From contig CAWGYA010000002.1 in the NCBI GenBank assembly GCA_963826715.1, positions 192,001 to 256,000 on the forward strand: a DNA stretch of 64,000 nt. The letters are read 5' to 3'. Of the stretch, positions 40,653 through 50,330 are shown in pieces; position 1 is the stretch's first letter, and each line of letters opens with the position of its first letter. Both the position numbers and the translations under genes were made by a program. This DNA comes from Candidatus Bathyarchaeota archaeon (GTDB lineage: Archaea > Thermoproteota > Bathyarchaeia > Bathyarchaeales > Bathycorpusculaceae). The notes below the pieces were generated by a model that was not told the origin of the DNA, ran no database searches, and saw only the letters and a program-made list of their open reading frames with translations.

Positions 40653-41870
40653 ATGTCAAATGAGGAAAGCTACGTCGCAGATTTTCCCTCAGAAGTCATT
40701 AAAGAAGGCAGAGTACAAGTTTTAGTTCCAGACCTTACGGCTTATGGAGTTGTTCCCAGTGATTATGCACCCTCTAAAGCGCCAGTTTTCTATAACCCCG
40801 TCATGGAGTTCAATCGTGATCTATCAGTTTTAGCCTTCTGCGCTTACCAAAAGATGGTTAATCATGAACTCCGAATCTGCGAGCCTCTGACAAGCCAAGG
40901 CATCCGTGGCATCCGCTATGCAGCAGAAGTCCCAGATGTGAGTGAGGTTCATTTAAGCGACGTTAGTATCAAAGCCTGTGAGTTAGCCCACCACAACATT
41001 GAATTAAATCAGCTACAGGATAAGATAACACTGAAAAACAGTGACGCGAATCTAACCTTAAGTAACAATGCCTCGCCTAAAAAACGATTTGACATTATCG
41101 ACATAGACCCCTTTGGCACGCCAGCGCCTTATTTGGATTCTGCGTTTCGTGCTCTGAAAAATAAGGGATTATTGGCGGCTACGGCTACGGATTTGGCGCC
41201 TCTGTGCGGGGTTCATGCTAAAGCTTGCTTGCGCAAATATGGTGGCAAGCCGTTGCGCACAGAATATTGTCATGAGTTGGCTGTTCGGCTTCTGGCGGGT
41301 ACCATGGCTGTGACTGCTGCGAAATATGACATGGGCATAGAAGTTCTCTTTAGCCATAGCAGTGACCACTATATCCGAGTTTACGCCCAAATCAGTTATG
41401 GAGCTAAAAAAGGCGATGATAGCCTCAAAAACACAGGCTACATACTGCATTGTTTCAATTGTATGCACCGGGAAATAGCTCGCAGTTTATTTGGTTGCCC
41501 TACCTGTGGAGAATGTGGAGCAAAAATGGATTGGGCGGGACCATTGTGGATTGGCAAAATTGCGAACGAAGGGTTCATCGAACAGATATTAGTTGAGAAT
41601 CAGAGATTATCCTTTAGAAATCAAACAAAAATCTTAAAGATTCTCACCCAGATCAAAGCCGAATCTTATGCACCAATTACCTACTATGTAATTGACAAAC
41701 TCAGTGGAAAACTTAATTTACCTGCGCCTAGCAACCAGACTTTTCTATCTGCGCTCAAGAAAGCTGACTTTGAATCGGTGCTTACCCATTTTAATCCAAG
41801 AGGCATAAAAACTGATGCGCCAGCCTTAATGATGCATAAACTACTAAGAGACTTAGCAACAAAAGAGTAG
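40653..41870 (+). CDS. trm1: tRNA (guanine-26-N2)-dimethyltransferase
   Basis: VFYNPVMEFNRD, GIRGIRY, DIDPFGTP, TATD, Zn ribbon, GPLW. Confidence 0.95.
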   Translation: MSNEESYVADFPSEVIKEGRVQVLVPDLTAYGVVPSDYAPSKAPVFYNPVMEFNRDLSVLAFCAYQKMVNHELRICEPLTSQGIRGIRYAAEVPDVSEVHLSDVSIKACELAHHNIELNQLQDKITLKNSDANLTLSNNASPKKRFDIIDIDPFGTPAPYLDSAFRALKNKGLLAATATDLAPLCGVHAKACLRKYGGKPLRTEYCHELAVRLLAGTMAVTAAKYDMGIEVLFSHSSDHYIRVYAQISYGAKKGDDSLKNTGYILHCFNCMHREIARSLFGCPTCGECGAKMDWAGPLWIGKIANEGFIEQILVENQRLSFRNQTKILKILTQIKAESYAPITYYVIDKLSGKLNLPAPSNQTFLSALKKADFESVLTHFNPRGIKTDAPALMMHKLLRDLATKE

Positions 41871-41941
41871 CGCCTTTTAGGGCAAACAACAAAAGTTAAA
41901 AGAGCAAAACCGAGTGTTTCTAAGTTAAGTAGTGAATAGTT

Positions 41942-42748
41942 ATGAATGATAAAATCGCAGTTATCGGCGCGGGTATGATGGGCAGCGCTATTATCAAAAG
42001 TCTCAAAAAAGGCGGCTACGGCGGAAAAATTACAGCTGTAGACATCGCCGTTGAGAAGCTGAAAGAACTCGAAAAACTCGGCATATCAATATCTACTGAT
42101 AATCGCTTAGCAGCCTCTGAAGCTGACATTATCTATGTCATTGTTAAACCAGGTGATGTAGCGAAGGTTCTCAAAGAAGTTGATAAAGAGATCAAGGGTA
42201 AACTGGTCATCTCGGCTGCTGCAACCGTTCCTTTGTCGTTTCTGTGTAAAAATGCGCCTGAAGCTAAAATCGTGCGGATAATGCCTAATCTCTGCGCTAT
42301 GGTGCAGGCATCCTATACAGCGTTTTGCTGCGAAGATAACGTCACGGAAGGAGACAAACAGAAAGTAAAAACGCTTCTAGATATGATTGGTATTTGCGAC
42401 GAAGTAAATGAGAAATATATGGATGCAATAACCGCTGTCAGCGGTAGCGGACCAGGCTACATTAGCATAATCATTGAGGCACTTACCTACGCAGGCTTAA
42501 AAGTTGGATTGCCTCGAAACTTAGCTCTTAGTTGCGCCGCCCAAACTTTAATGGGCACGGGCAAATTAGTCACGGAGATGCAGCTGGAACCAGCAAAAAT
42601 CAAGGATATGACAACAACTCCTGGCGGAACAACAATTGAAGCAATTTACCAACTGGAACAAAGTCGAATCCGCCCAGCCATGATACGCGCTATTGAGGAA
42701 GCCACCAAAAAAAGCGAAGCCATTCGAGACAAACTCAAACTTACTTAA
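41942..42748 (+). CDS. proC: Pyrroline-5-carboxylate reductase
   Basis: IGAGMMG, VKP, RIMPN, SGSGPGY, TPGGTT. Confidence 0.95.
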   Translation: MNDKIAVIGAGMMGSAIIKSLKKGGYGGKITAVDIAVEKLKELEKLGISISTDNRLAASEADIIYVIVKPGDVAKVLKEVDKEIKGKLVISAAATVPLSFLCKNAPEAKIVRIMPNLCAMVQASYTAFCCEDNVTEGDKQKVKTLLDMIGICDEVNEKYMDAITAVSGSGPGYISIIIEALTYAGLKVGLPRNLALSCAAQTLMGTGKLVTEMQLEPAKIKDMTTTPGGTTIEAIYQLEQSRIRPAMIRAIEEATKKSEAIRDKLKLT

Positions 42749-42757
42749 GGGTCTACT

Positions 42758-43414
42758 ATGTTTGAAGCGGTTCTATTTGATTGGGATGGGACCCTTGCTG
42801 ATACAAAAAGTGTAATTGTTATTTCCTTCCAAAAAGCACTCAAAGAAATCAATCTCACTGTTTCAGCGCAATATATCGAACGTAGTATGGGGATTGGAGC
42901 AGCTGATACCTTCCGCGATATTTTAAAAGCTGATAGTAGGCGTATTGATGAAAAGGTTGTGGAGAAACTTGTTAAGCGGAAGAGTGAACTACAAATCGAA
43001 TTAGATAGGGATGTGAAGTTGTTTGAGGGCTCTCGTGATCTCCTTGATGAGTTACGGGGCAACTTGAAAATTGGGTTGGCTTCTATGAATAATCGTAATG
43101 TAATTATGGATTTGCTTCAAAATCAGAATTTAACCGACTATTTTGATGTTGTTTTAACTGTTGAAGCCATTTCTTATTCTAAGCCTAACCCAGAAATTTT
43201 TCTAAAGACTGCAAGAGCTCTAAATTCTAGCCCTGTGGGATGTGTGGTTTTTGAAGATTCTATCTTTGGAGTTAAGGCTGCGAAGGCGGCCGGTATGAGC
43301 TGCGTTGCCGTTACAACTGGCGCTTATAATGGTGAGGAACTTGCAGCTGCGAACCCGGATTTGATTGTAGAAAACTTGAAAGACGAAAAAATTTTGTCGT
43401 TTGTTTTAAAATGA
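42758..43414 (+). CDS. HAD-family phosphatase (beta-PGM-like)
   Basis: FDWDGTLADT, SKPNPEIF, FEDS. Confidence 0.9.
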   Translation: MFEAVLFDWDGTLADTKSVIVISFQKALKEINLTVSAQYIERSMGIGAADTFRDILKADSRRIDEKVVEKLVKRKSELQIELDRDVKLFEGSRDLLDELRGNLKIGLASMNNRNVIMDLLQNQNLTDYFDVVLTVEAISYSKPNPEIFLKTARALNSSPVGCVVFEDSIFGVKAAKAAGMSCVAVTTGAYNGEELAAANPDLIVENLKDEKILSFVLK

Positions 43415-43422
43415 TAATACCT

Positions 43423-43446
43423 TGTGATTGTATAGATGCAGTCACA
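43423..43446. promoter_or_regulatory. Palindromic site TGTGATTG-N8-CAGTCACA
   Basis: Immediately 5' of TTTTAAA box; near-identical site at 57471. Confidence 0.5.
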
Positions 43447-43507
43447 TAGTTTTAAACATTTATCAAATACACTATTAATTTATCTTAATCAGTAGGAAGA
43501 AAAGATT

Positions 43508-43774
43508 TTGACACTTTCGAATAAAAAAACCAAGACCGCTCTGTATCAAGTTATGCTTTTAGATAATAACGAGCCCGAAGCTGTTGAAATCCAAGAGGCT
43601 GAGCAAATAAATTTTTGCCAGGTCAAAAAGCATCTAAAAAGTGGTGGGTCAGTCTTTATTACTAGTCGAGCCTCGCAAAAAATCCACCCACCCCAAACCA
43701 GAGCTCAAACGAACTATAATCGCTCCCGAAAAACTCTTGGACTACTCATCCATCAGCGTTTTAGAAGCCAATGA
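43508..43774 (+). CDS. Hypothetical protein
   Basis: 88-aa ORF, TTG start. Confidence 0.6.
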   Translation: MTLSNKKTKTALYQVMLLDNNEPEAVEIQEAEQINFCQVKKHLKSGGSVFITSRASQKIHPPQTRAQTNYNRSRKTLGLLIHQRFRSQ

Positions 43775-43848
43775 CTTATAGGTATGCTTCCAAGTTTTCG
43801 GCTGATTGAAACTCTTTTATAAAGCTTAGTTTTGATGAAATAGAGTAA

Positions 43849-45006
43849 TTAGTGGTGTATTTTTCTTAGCGTTTTTGGTATATAGGCACACCGTGGGTCG
43901 GAACCGTAAATGTCGCCGTTATAGAAAAGTGCTGCACTGCGACAGCCGCCGCAGATGTCTTTGTATTCGCAGACACCACATTTGCCCTTCAGGTTCTTCT
44001 TGTCTTTGATTTTGTTAAAGAAGTTGCTTTCTTGCATTTCTTGCCAAATTTGTTTTATCGGTCGGTTTTTGACGTTGCCAATTCGGTATACGTCATTATA
44101 GCTACAGGGGATAACGTCACCATTCTCGGCTATGCTCATGAATTTTCCGAAGAAACATCGACCTAAAAAGAAGCTGTTAAACCAGTTATCAAAATCAGGC
44201 ATACCCCGTTGCTTGGCGACTCTTGCGTAGAAGGGGATGTATACGTTGATGCTTGGAGTTTTTCCGTATTTTTGGGTTAAATCGTAGAGTTTGTTGCATA
44301 TCCATTCATACTGTGCGGGGGTTGGATCAGCTTTTAGGGTGCAGCTATCGCTGCTATAAGGAACAAAACCATGGAAAACGACCCATCGGGCACCATATTT
44401 TTTTGCCAGTTCCAACACATGAACCATGTCTGTCTCGTTTACGTTGGTAACGTCGCCGACGTTGGCAAAGGTGTAAACTAAAACATTTAGTAAATCAGCT
44501 TTTGCGAATCGCTCAATTGCTGAAATTGCCGATGAATATGCGCCTTTTCCGCGGATAGCTTCGTTTGTTTGCTCTGCGCCGTCTATGCTCACTGAGATTT
44601 TTGTCTTGTTTTTGATGATGTTTTTTATGGCTTTCTCATCTATCATGCGCCCGTCGGTTATGATGCTGGTGTTCAAACCAAGTCGTGTAGCATAATCGAG
44701 CACTTCGAATAGGTCTTTTCGAAGAAAGGGTTGGCCGCCTGTGATTCCAAAGAAGCTTGCCCCAAATTCAGCTACTTGGTCAACAATTTGTTTGGCAGAT
44801 TTGGTGTTGACTTCATCTGGAAAAGGGGCTTTGTTTGCTGAAATACAGTGAGCACAGTTACTGTCGCATGCGAAGGTACAACGCCAGGGAACGATTAGAA
44901 GGGGCCCTTTATTTTTCACGGGTTTGTCTCCTTTCATCGATGCTTTACTGAATGCTGCAATATTTGTATTTAATACTTTAGATTTGTTCATGCTTTTTTC
45001 AACCAT
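43849..45006 (-). CDS. Radical SAM/SPASM domain protein
   Basis: CDSNCAHC; TGGQP; C..G.....NGDVIPC; CGVC....CGGCR...DPRC. Confidence 0.92.
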   Translation of the reverse strand: MVEKSMNKSKVLNTNIAAFSKASMKGDKPVKNKGPLLIVPWRCTFACDSNCAHCISANKAPFPDEVNTKSAKQIVDQVAEFGASFFGITGGQPFLRKDLFEVLDYATRLGLNTSIITDGRMIDEKAIKNIIKNKTKISVSIDGAEQTNEAIRGKGAYSSAISAIERFAKADLLNVLVYTFANVGDVTNVNETDMVHVLELAKKYGARWVVFHGFVPYSSDSCTLKADPTPAQYEWICNKLYDLTQKYGKTPSINVYIPFYARVAKQRGMPDFDNWFNSFFLGRCFFGKFMSIAENGDVIPCSYNDVYRIGNVKNRPIKQIWQEMQESNFFNKIKDKKNLKGKCGVCEYKDICGGCRSAALFYNGDIYGSDPRCAYIPKTLRKIHH

Positions 45007-45963
45007 TTATTTTAGCTGATAGAGATTACCAACGCTGTTATGGGCTATAGCATCCGGGAAATCTCGCGAAAGAGCTTGGTTTGCACGCCAACCTGTACAA
45101 TGGAAAGGAACAATCAAAATAGGAGAGATACTTTTCAGGTCCTTCATAGTTTCTTCAATGCGGCGTTCGTTTTCTTTTCCAGCCAGATGAAAACCTCCCA
45201 AAACTGCATAGACCTTGGTTACACCTGTGATTTGTTGCGCAAAACGAATTGTGTTTATGATACCAGCGTGAGCGCAACCCGAGATAACCACCAATCCCTT
45301 CCCGAGCAAGTTAAGAATCAAAGCTTGATCGTCTATAATATCTGGATCAGGTATCCATTCACCGTCGATCTGCACTCTATTTTGACTATATCCCAATTCA
45401 AATTTGCTGGTTCTTGGGATTTCACCTGTTACACAAACGCTATCATTGCCGATAAAATAGGGTTGCCTGATGTGTATGATTTTAGTGGATCCAAGCTGAT
45501 ATAAAGTTGGAAATGGGGGATTCTCCCTGATGTTGCCTGATGAATCGGCTGTTCCTCGGGGTTTAAGCACGTTACCGTGGGCAATTAGAGGCAACGCTGA
45601 ATTACCTATGGCTTTAAGCGCTAACTCGAGCCCACCGAAGTGGTCATAGTGCCCATGCGAGAGTACAACAAAATCCACCTCGCTCAAATCCACGCCCATA
45701 CGCTGTGCATTCAAGACTACGCCGTCGGCGCTGATGCCCGCGTCAAAGAGGACACTGAAAACCTCTTCGTCGATATAGCTGCGAACGAGCACTGAGAAAC
45801 CGTGTTCGGCGAGTGGCAGCTGTTGATTGCTTCTCTTAGTCCACTTCCAAAGCGGTACAACCTCTTTTTTGTCTGTACTGGAGAGGTAATCGATACAGTT
45901 GTCCATCAAACTGATGATTTCGATTTTTGAGGCAGCCTTTAACAAGGGGTTATTTGCTCCCAT
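45007..45963 (-). CDS. MBL-fold metallohydrolase (COG1237; archaeal dihydropteroate-synthase-like family)
   Basis: AEHGFS, LSHGHYDHFGG, DDQAL, GCAHAG, GGFHL, HCTG. Confidence 0.88.
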   Translation of the reverse strand: MGANNPLLKAASKIEIISLMDNCIDYLSSTDKKEVVPLWKWTKRSNQQLPLAEHGFSVLVRSYIDEEVFSVLFDAGISADGVVLNAQRMGVDLSEVDFVVLSHGHYDHFGGLELALKAIGNSALPLIAHGNVLKPRGTADSSGNIRENPPFPTLYQLGSTKIIHIRQPYFIGNDSVCVTGEIPRTSKFELGYSQNRVQIDGEWIPDPDIIDDQALILNLLGKGLVVISGCAHAGIINTIRFAQQITGVTKVYAVLGGFHLAGKENERRIEETMKDLKSISPILIVPFHCTGWRANQALSRDFPDAIAHNSVGNLYQLK

Positions 45964-45973
45964 CCTTTTCGCC

Positions 45974-46543
45974 TTAGAGTGTGCCTCGGTAGTTGATGTT
46001 AGTAGGGCAGCCAACGCATTTTTTGGTTTCAAATCGGTTGCACGGGTCGCAGTCCACGTTGCAGGGCGTCATCTTGTTGTTTTTGAGTGGGATATCTTGG
46101 CGGATTTGCAGAAAAGGTGAAAAGTAGGTGTCGCTAACAGGATAGAATTCTGATCGGCGAATGCCCTTGCTACACCTTAGCGAGCATTTCTCAATTGATA
46201 TACTCTCAAGGGTATCTTTGGTTTCCGCCACAACTAGAGCTATCAGATTGTAGCCACCAATGGTTTTGAATATCTGGATTACTCGGGGGCATTCTTTGAA
46301 GCGGTCAAGAAGGTTCTGCATGGCTTCGGCGCTTTCCATCTCTAGCATAACGATGGCTGGATGAAGTTGCAGCGCTTTGGGGTTAACGAGAGCAGTGATT
46401 TTTATTGTTCCATTCTTCTGAAGTTTTTCGAGACGTTTCTTTATGCCCATGCTGGTTAAGCCGATATTTTGGGCTATTTCCTGCAGTGTTGTGCGTCCAT
46501 TAGTTTGGAGTTGTGTGATTATTTTTTTGTCGATTTCATCCAT
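45974..46543 (-). CDS. Lrp/AsnC regulator with Cys-rich C-terminal extension
   Basis: MDEIDKKII..LQ.NGR HTH; C-terminal PCNVDCDPC......CVGCP. Confidence 0.88.
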   Translation of the reverse strand: MDEIDKKIITQLQTNGRTTLQEIAQNIGLTSMGIKKRLEKLQKNGTIKITALVNPKALQLHPAIVMLEMESAEAMQNLLDRFKECPRVIQIFKTIGGYNLIALVVAETKDTLESISIEKCSLRCSKGIRRSEFYPVSDTYFSPFLQIRQDIPLKNNKMTPCNVDCDPCNRFETKKCVGCPTNINYRGTL

Positions 46544-46561
46544 GGGTAATTGCCCCAATTT

Positions 46562-46607
46562 GTTTATTTTCTAAACCAAACATATTAATATAATTTAGTT
46601 ATTAAAC
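46562..46607. promoter_or_regulatory. Two TTTA-N5-TAAAC pseudo-palindromes in the divergent promoter (candidate Lrp boxes)
   Basis: GTTTATTTTCTAAAC (46562) and ATTTAGTTATTAAAC (46593). Confidence 0.35.
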
Positions 46608-46677
46608 TTTTCACAGCTCAATAGTGCGGAAAAATTCAAAACCTGCACGACCGAACCCTAACAAAGAGATGGTAAGA

Positions 46678-47070
46678 ATGAAAATATGTCTAACCTCAAC
46701 TTCAGACAACCTAGAAGCCCAAATAGACCCCCGCTTCGGCAGATGCGCCTACCTACTAATCGTTGACCCAGAAACTATGGAGTTTGAAGTCGTATCAAAC
46801 ATGGCAGCCGCCTCAGGCGGAGGTGCAGGAATCCAAGCCGCACAAACAATCGCAAACAGTGACGTAAAAGTGTTGATAACAGGCAATGTTGGACCAAAGG
46901 CATTTAAGGCATTATCAGCTGCAAGCATCGAAATAATGATGGTAAATTCTGGATCAGTTAGAGAAGTGGTTGAGAAATTTAAAAAAGGCGAATTACAAAG
47001 AGTTGGTTCACCTACTGTCGGTGAACATTTTGGTTCAAATATGCAGAGACGAGGAGTATGGTCACTCTAA
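46678..47070 (+). CDS. NifB/NifX-family (COG1433) protein
   Basis: DPRFGRC, GGAGIQAAQ, GNVGPKA. Confidence 0.9.
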   Translation: MKICLTSTSDNLEAQIDPRFGRCAYLLIVDPETMEFEVVSNMAAASGGGAGIQAAQTIANSDVKVLITGNVGPKAFKALSAASIEIMMVNSGSVREVVEKFKKGELQRVGSPTVGEHFGSNMQRRGVWSL

Positions 47071-47103
47071 TCATAAGAAATTGTTGCAATTGGAGGTGAA
47101 AAA

Positions 47104-47478
47104 ATGACTGATAAAATAATCATACCTACAGAAAATAAAGAAGGCTTAAATGCGCCGTTAGGGCAGCACTTTGGACGCGCACCCCATTTCACAATTGTTG
47201 AAATCGACAATGGTAAAGTTACAAATATCGAAATAATGGCAAACACCAGCGAACACATGGGGGGAACAGGCTCTCCACATGACATGCTCACTCAGCTACA
47301 GCCGAAGGCTGTAGTAGTGCATGGAATGGGACCACGGGGCATAATAGCGTTTCAAAGTTCAGGCATCCAAGTCCTCAAAGCAAACGTAAATACCGTCAAA
47401 GAAGTAATTGAAGCATATACAAAAGGCAAACTCCCAGAGCTAACCGAAGGATGCCCAGATGCACACCACCATCATTAG
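47104..47478 (+). CDS. NifB/NifX-family (COG1433) protein with His tail
   Basis: HFGRAP, GMGPRG, C-terminal CPDAHHHH. Confidence 0.9.
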   Translation: MTDKIIIPTENKEGLNAPLGQHFGRAPHFTIVEIDNGKVTNIEIMANTSEHMGGTGSPHDMLTQLQPKAVVVHGMGPRGIIAFQSSGIQVLKANVNTVKEVIEAYTKGKLPELTEGCPDAHHHH

Positions 47479-47531
47479 AAGCAAAGTTTTCAATAGATCT
47501 TCCTTTTTTCTTTAAAATTGAGGGATAAGGT

Positions 47532-48371
47532 TTGATTGTAACGGTTGCAAGCGGCAAAGGAGGCACAGGCAAAACATCTGTAGCGGTGAACATGGCGCTT
47601 TCGCTGGGCTGTGTGCAGTTCCTAGACTGCGATGTCGAGGAACCAAACGCGCACCTGCTTTTAAATTCCGATAAAATAAGAACTCAGCCAGTCCATTTAG
47701 CAGTCCCTAATATCAACATAGCACTATGTAACCACTGCGGAGCCTGCGCTAAATTTTGCCGCTACAACGCCCTCCTATCCCTAAAAGACGAAGTCCTAAT
47801 TTTCCCTGAACTCTGCCACAGCTGCGGCGGTTGCGTGCGGGTGTGCCCCCAAAAAGCCATCAGTGAAGAAGACCACCACATCGGAACCCTCAGCTTCGCA
47901 TCAGCCGACGGCGGCATATCGCTGGTGTACGGCGAATTGGAAGTTGGCAAACCGTTGGCGGTGCCAGTCATAAGAGCTGTAAAAAAACAAATCGATATAA
48001 CCAAAGATGTCATCGTAGATTCCCCGCCGGGCACCTCATGTTCCTTTGTGGAAACTGTGAGGGGGAGCGACTTCTGCATCTTAGTAACCGAACCCACCCC
48101 GTTTGGGCTCCATGACCTCTCAATTGCCGTGCAGGCGCTACGAAAAATGACGGTTCCTTTCGGCGTGGTGGTGAACCGCGCAGGCATCGGCGACCGAAAA
48201 ATATACCAGTACTTGCAACAAGAAAACATTGCTCTGCTGATGGAAATTCCCTACGACCGTAAAATCGCAGAGTACTACTCAAAAGGAATCCCTTTCAGCA
48301 CAGAGATGCCCCAGTGGAAAACCAATTTCCAAGCGCTCTTCAAAAACATTCGGGAGAAGATACAAAAATGA
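47532..48371 (+). CDS. MinD-superfamily P-loop ATPase with ferredoxin insert (COG1149)
   Basis: SGKGGTGKT, DCDVEEPN, two CxxCxxCxxxC motifs. Confidence 0.9.
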   Translation: MIVTVASGKGGTGKTSVAVNMALSLGCVQFLDCDVEEPNAHLLLNSDKIRTQPVHLAVPNINIALCNHCGACAKFCRYNALLSLKDEVLIFPELCHSCGGCVRVCPQKAISEEDHHIGTLSFASADGGISLVYGELEVGKPLAVPVIRAVKKQIDITKDVIVDSPPGTSCSFVETVRGSDFCILVTEPTPFGLHDLSIAVQALRKMTVPFGVVVNRAGIGDRKIYQYLQQENIALLMEIPYDRKIAEYYSKGIPFSTEMPQWKTNFQALFKNIREKIQK

Positions 48372-49228
48372 AGCAACTCACGGTTTTAAGCGGCAAAGGA
48401 GGCACAGGCAAAACCTCGCTGACAGCTTGCTTTACAGTTCTATCTAAAGAGGCTGTTGTGGCAGACTGCGACGTGGACGCGCCAGATTTGCATATGCTTT
48501 TGCACCCTGAAATCTTAGAGACACAACGGTTTAGCGCCTCCAAAGTCGCAGTCATAGACAAAAGCAAATGCACCAAATGTGGCGCCTGCAAGGAAGCCTG
48601 CCGATTCGACGCCATAACGGACGCGGCAGAGGTGGATGCGGTGATATGTGAAGGCTGCACGGTCTGCACCTTAGTTTGCCCCGCAGACGCAATATCTTTG
48701 ACGGAGAGAACCTCTGGAAATGCGTACATCTCAAAAATCCCTCAGGGCTTTATGTCACATGCACTACTCTTTCCAGGCGAAGCTAACTCTGGCAAACTAG
48801 TCACGATAGTAAGACAAAACGCTAAGGTCATCGCAAAGAAAGAAAACATCGACCTCGTAATAATTGATGGTTCTCCAGGTATCGGTTGTCCCGTCATAGC
48901 CTCCATTTCGGGTGTAGATGCAGCTTTGTTAGTAACTGAACCGACTCTTTCAGGAATACATGACCTGGGTCGCGTTCTGCAGTTGCTCTGTCACTTTAAA
49001 GTGGCAGCTTTCGTCTGTATAAATATGCACGACATAAACCCCTCGAACACCGAAAAAATTGAGGAATTCTGCAAAATGCATGGCGTTGAAACGGTTGGCA
49101 GAATCCCCTTCGACCCCAAAGTAACCCAAGCTATGGTTAACGGCAAAACTATCATTGAATATGCGCCAGAATGCTGTTGCGCCGAGACAATTGGGTTAAT
49201 TTGGAAAAACCTGAATCTACGCTTCTAA
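48368..49228 (+). CDS. MinD-superfamily P-loop ATPase with ferredoxin insert (COG1149), second paralog
   Basis: SGKGGTGKT, DCDVDAPDL, two CxxCxxCxxxC, SGKLV; ATGA overlap. Confidence 0.9.
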   Translation: MKQLTVLSGKGGTGKTSLTACFTVLSKEAVVADCDVDAPDLHMLLHPEILETQRFSASKVAVIDKSKCTKCGACKEACRFDAITDAAEVDAVICEGCTVCTLVCPADAISLTERTSGNAYISKIPQGFMSHALLFPGEANSGKLVTIVRQNAKVIAKKENIDLVIIDGSPGIGCPVIASISGVDAALLVTEPTLSGIHDLGRVLQLLCHFKVAAFVCINMHDINPSNTEKIEEFCKMHGVETVGRIPFDPKVTQAMVNGKTIIEYAPECCCAETIGLIWKNLNLRF

Positions 49229-49724
49229 AAGGGTATATTGGTAAAAAAGGACTTTACTTAGGTTGAGATTGATGAAGGCCGTTTATCGGTTTTGTTGTTT
49301 TGCGTGGTTATGGGGTTTTTTGTTTTTTCACTTCTTGGGTCGTGGTTTGGGTTGGTTTTTTGATTTGGTTTGTTTTTTAGCTGTGTTTTGGTTGTGGGGA
49401 GCTTGGTTTTTGTTCACTTCTTGCATGGTTTGGTTAGGTTGTGGAAGTGAGAAATGTTGAGTTTGCTTTATTGTATTTGCTGGTTACAAAATATTGCTTT
49501 TAGAGAAGCTTCGAAAAATAAGTTTTTCTGAGCGTTCTTCTTCTTTTCAAAGTTTAAAAAAATTGAGCCTATGTTGGCGGATTTGGGCCCAGGTTTTGGA
49601 GTTTTTTGAGAAAATGAGACTATCGCATCATTAAGAAAACTGTGCAAACCCCAAGCTAAACCAGTAAAGCCGAAAGCAAACTTAAAATTTTGCTAACAAC
49701 GTCAGGTACTGTAAGTGAATCGTT

Positions 49725-50141
49725 ATGGCGAAAATCATCAAAGGAAGCGCAAAACTTCTCGAAAACACCCGTTTAGTCGTAGATAACAGTCGTGGACATA
49801 GCGTAATCTGCGATTTACCTGAAGCTCAAGGCGGAACAAACACGGGACCTACTCCGTTGGAACTTGCTCTGATGTCCTTGGCAGGCTGCGGTGTAGTCAT
49901 CTATGCGGGTGTTTGCAAAAATAGCAAAATCGACCCGGGTATAATAGAAGTTAATGTGGAAGCAGAAAAAGGCCCTGATTCGCCTATATTAACAGGTGTA
50001 ACTATGAAAGTTAAAATATCCTCTAAGGTTCGCAGGCCACTTGTAGAAGCTGCTTGGCGTCGAACTGAAGCTAGTTGTCCTGTAGTCTTTATTTACAAAG
50101 ATCAAGTCCCTGTTAAAGTGGAATTAGAGATCACCGAGTAA
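49725..50141 (+). CDS. OsmC family protein
   Basis: GGTNTGPTPLEL...LAGC, CPV. Confidence 0.88.
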   Translation: MAKIIKGSAKLLENTRLVVDNSRGHSVICDLPEAQGGTNTGPTPLELALMSLAGCGVVIYAGVCKNSKIDPGIIEVNVEAEKGPDSPILTGVTMKVKISSKVRRPLVEAAWRRTEASCPVVFIYKDQVPVKVELEITE

Positions 50142-50330
50142 TCTGATTTTTTTTATTCTTCTTTTATTTTGTAGGTTAGGAAGTATTTTTAAGGCAGCAA
50201 GCTCAAAAAAGCCTGGTAGTCAACCAAAATCCTAACAGAGCCCTTTTGCCTTATGCGCTGAGCAGAGTCTATTTTATGTTCGGCTTTAATTGTATAAAAA
50301 TGCTGGGTTGGAAGCAAAAAATTCCAAACG

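Noticed and set aside
46678-47478. Nitrogen fixation genes
   Set aside because: NifX-like COG1433 proteins are widespread without nitrogenase; no nifHDK in the window
49263-49460. Plus-strand 65-aa F/W/L/G-rich ORF
   Set aside because: Composition is a by-product of the G/T-skewed tract
49571-49671. tRNA-like fragments on the minus strand (TGGTTTAGCTTGG...CCTGGGCCCAAATCC)
   Set aside because: No acceptor stem pairing, T-loop lacks TTC, no anticodon arm; at most a decayed relic (tRNAscan-SE would decide)
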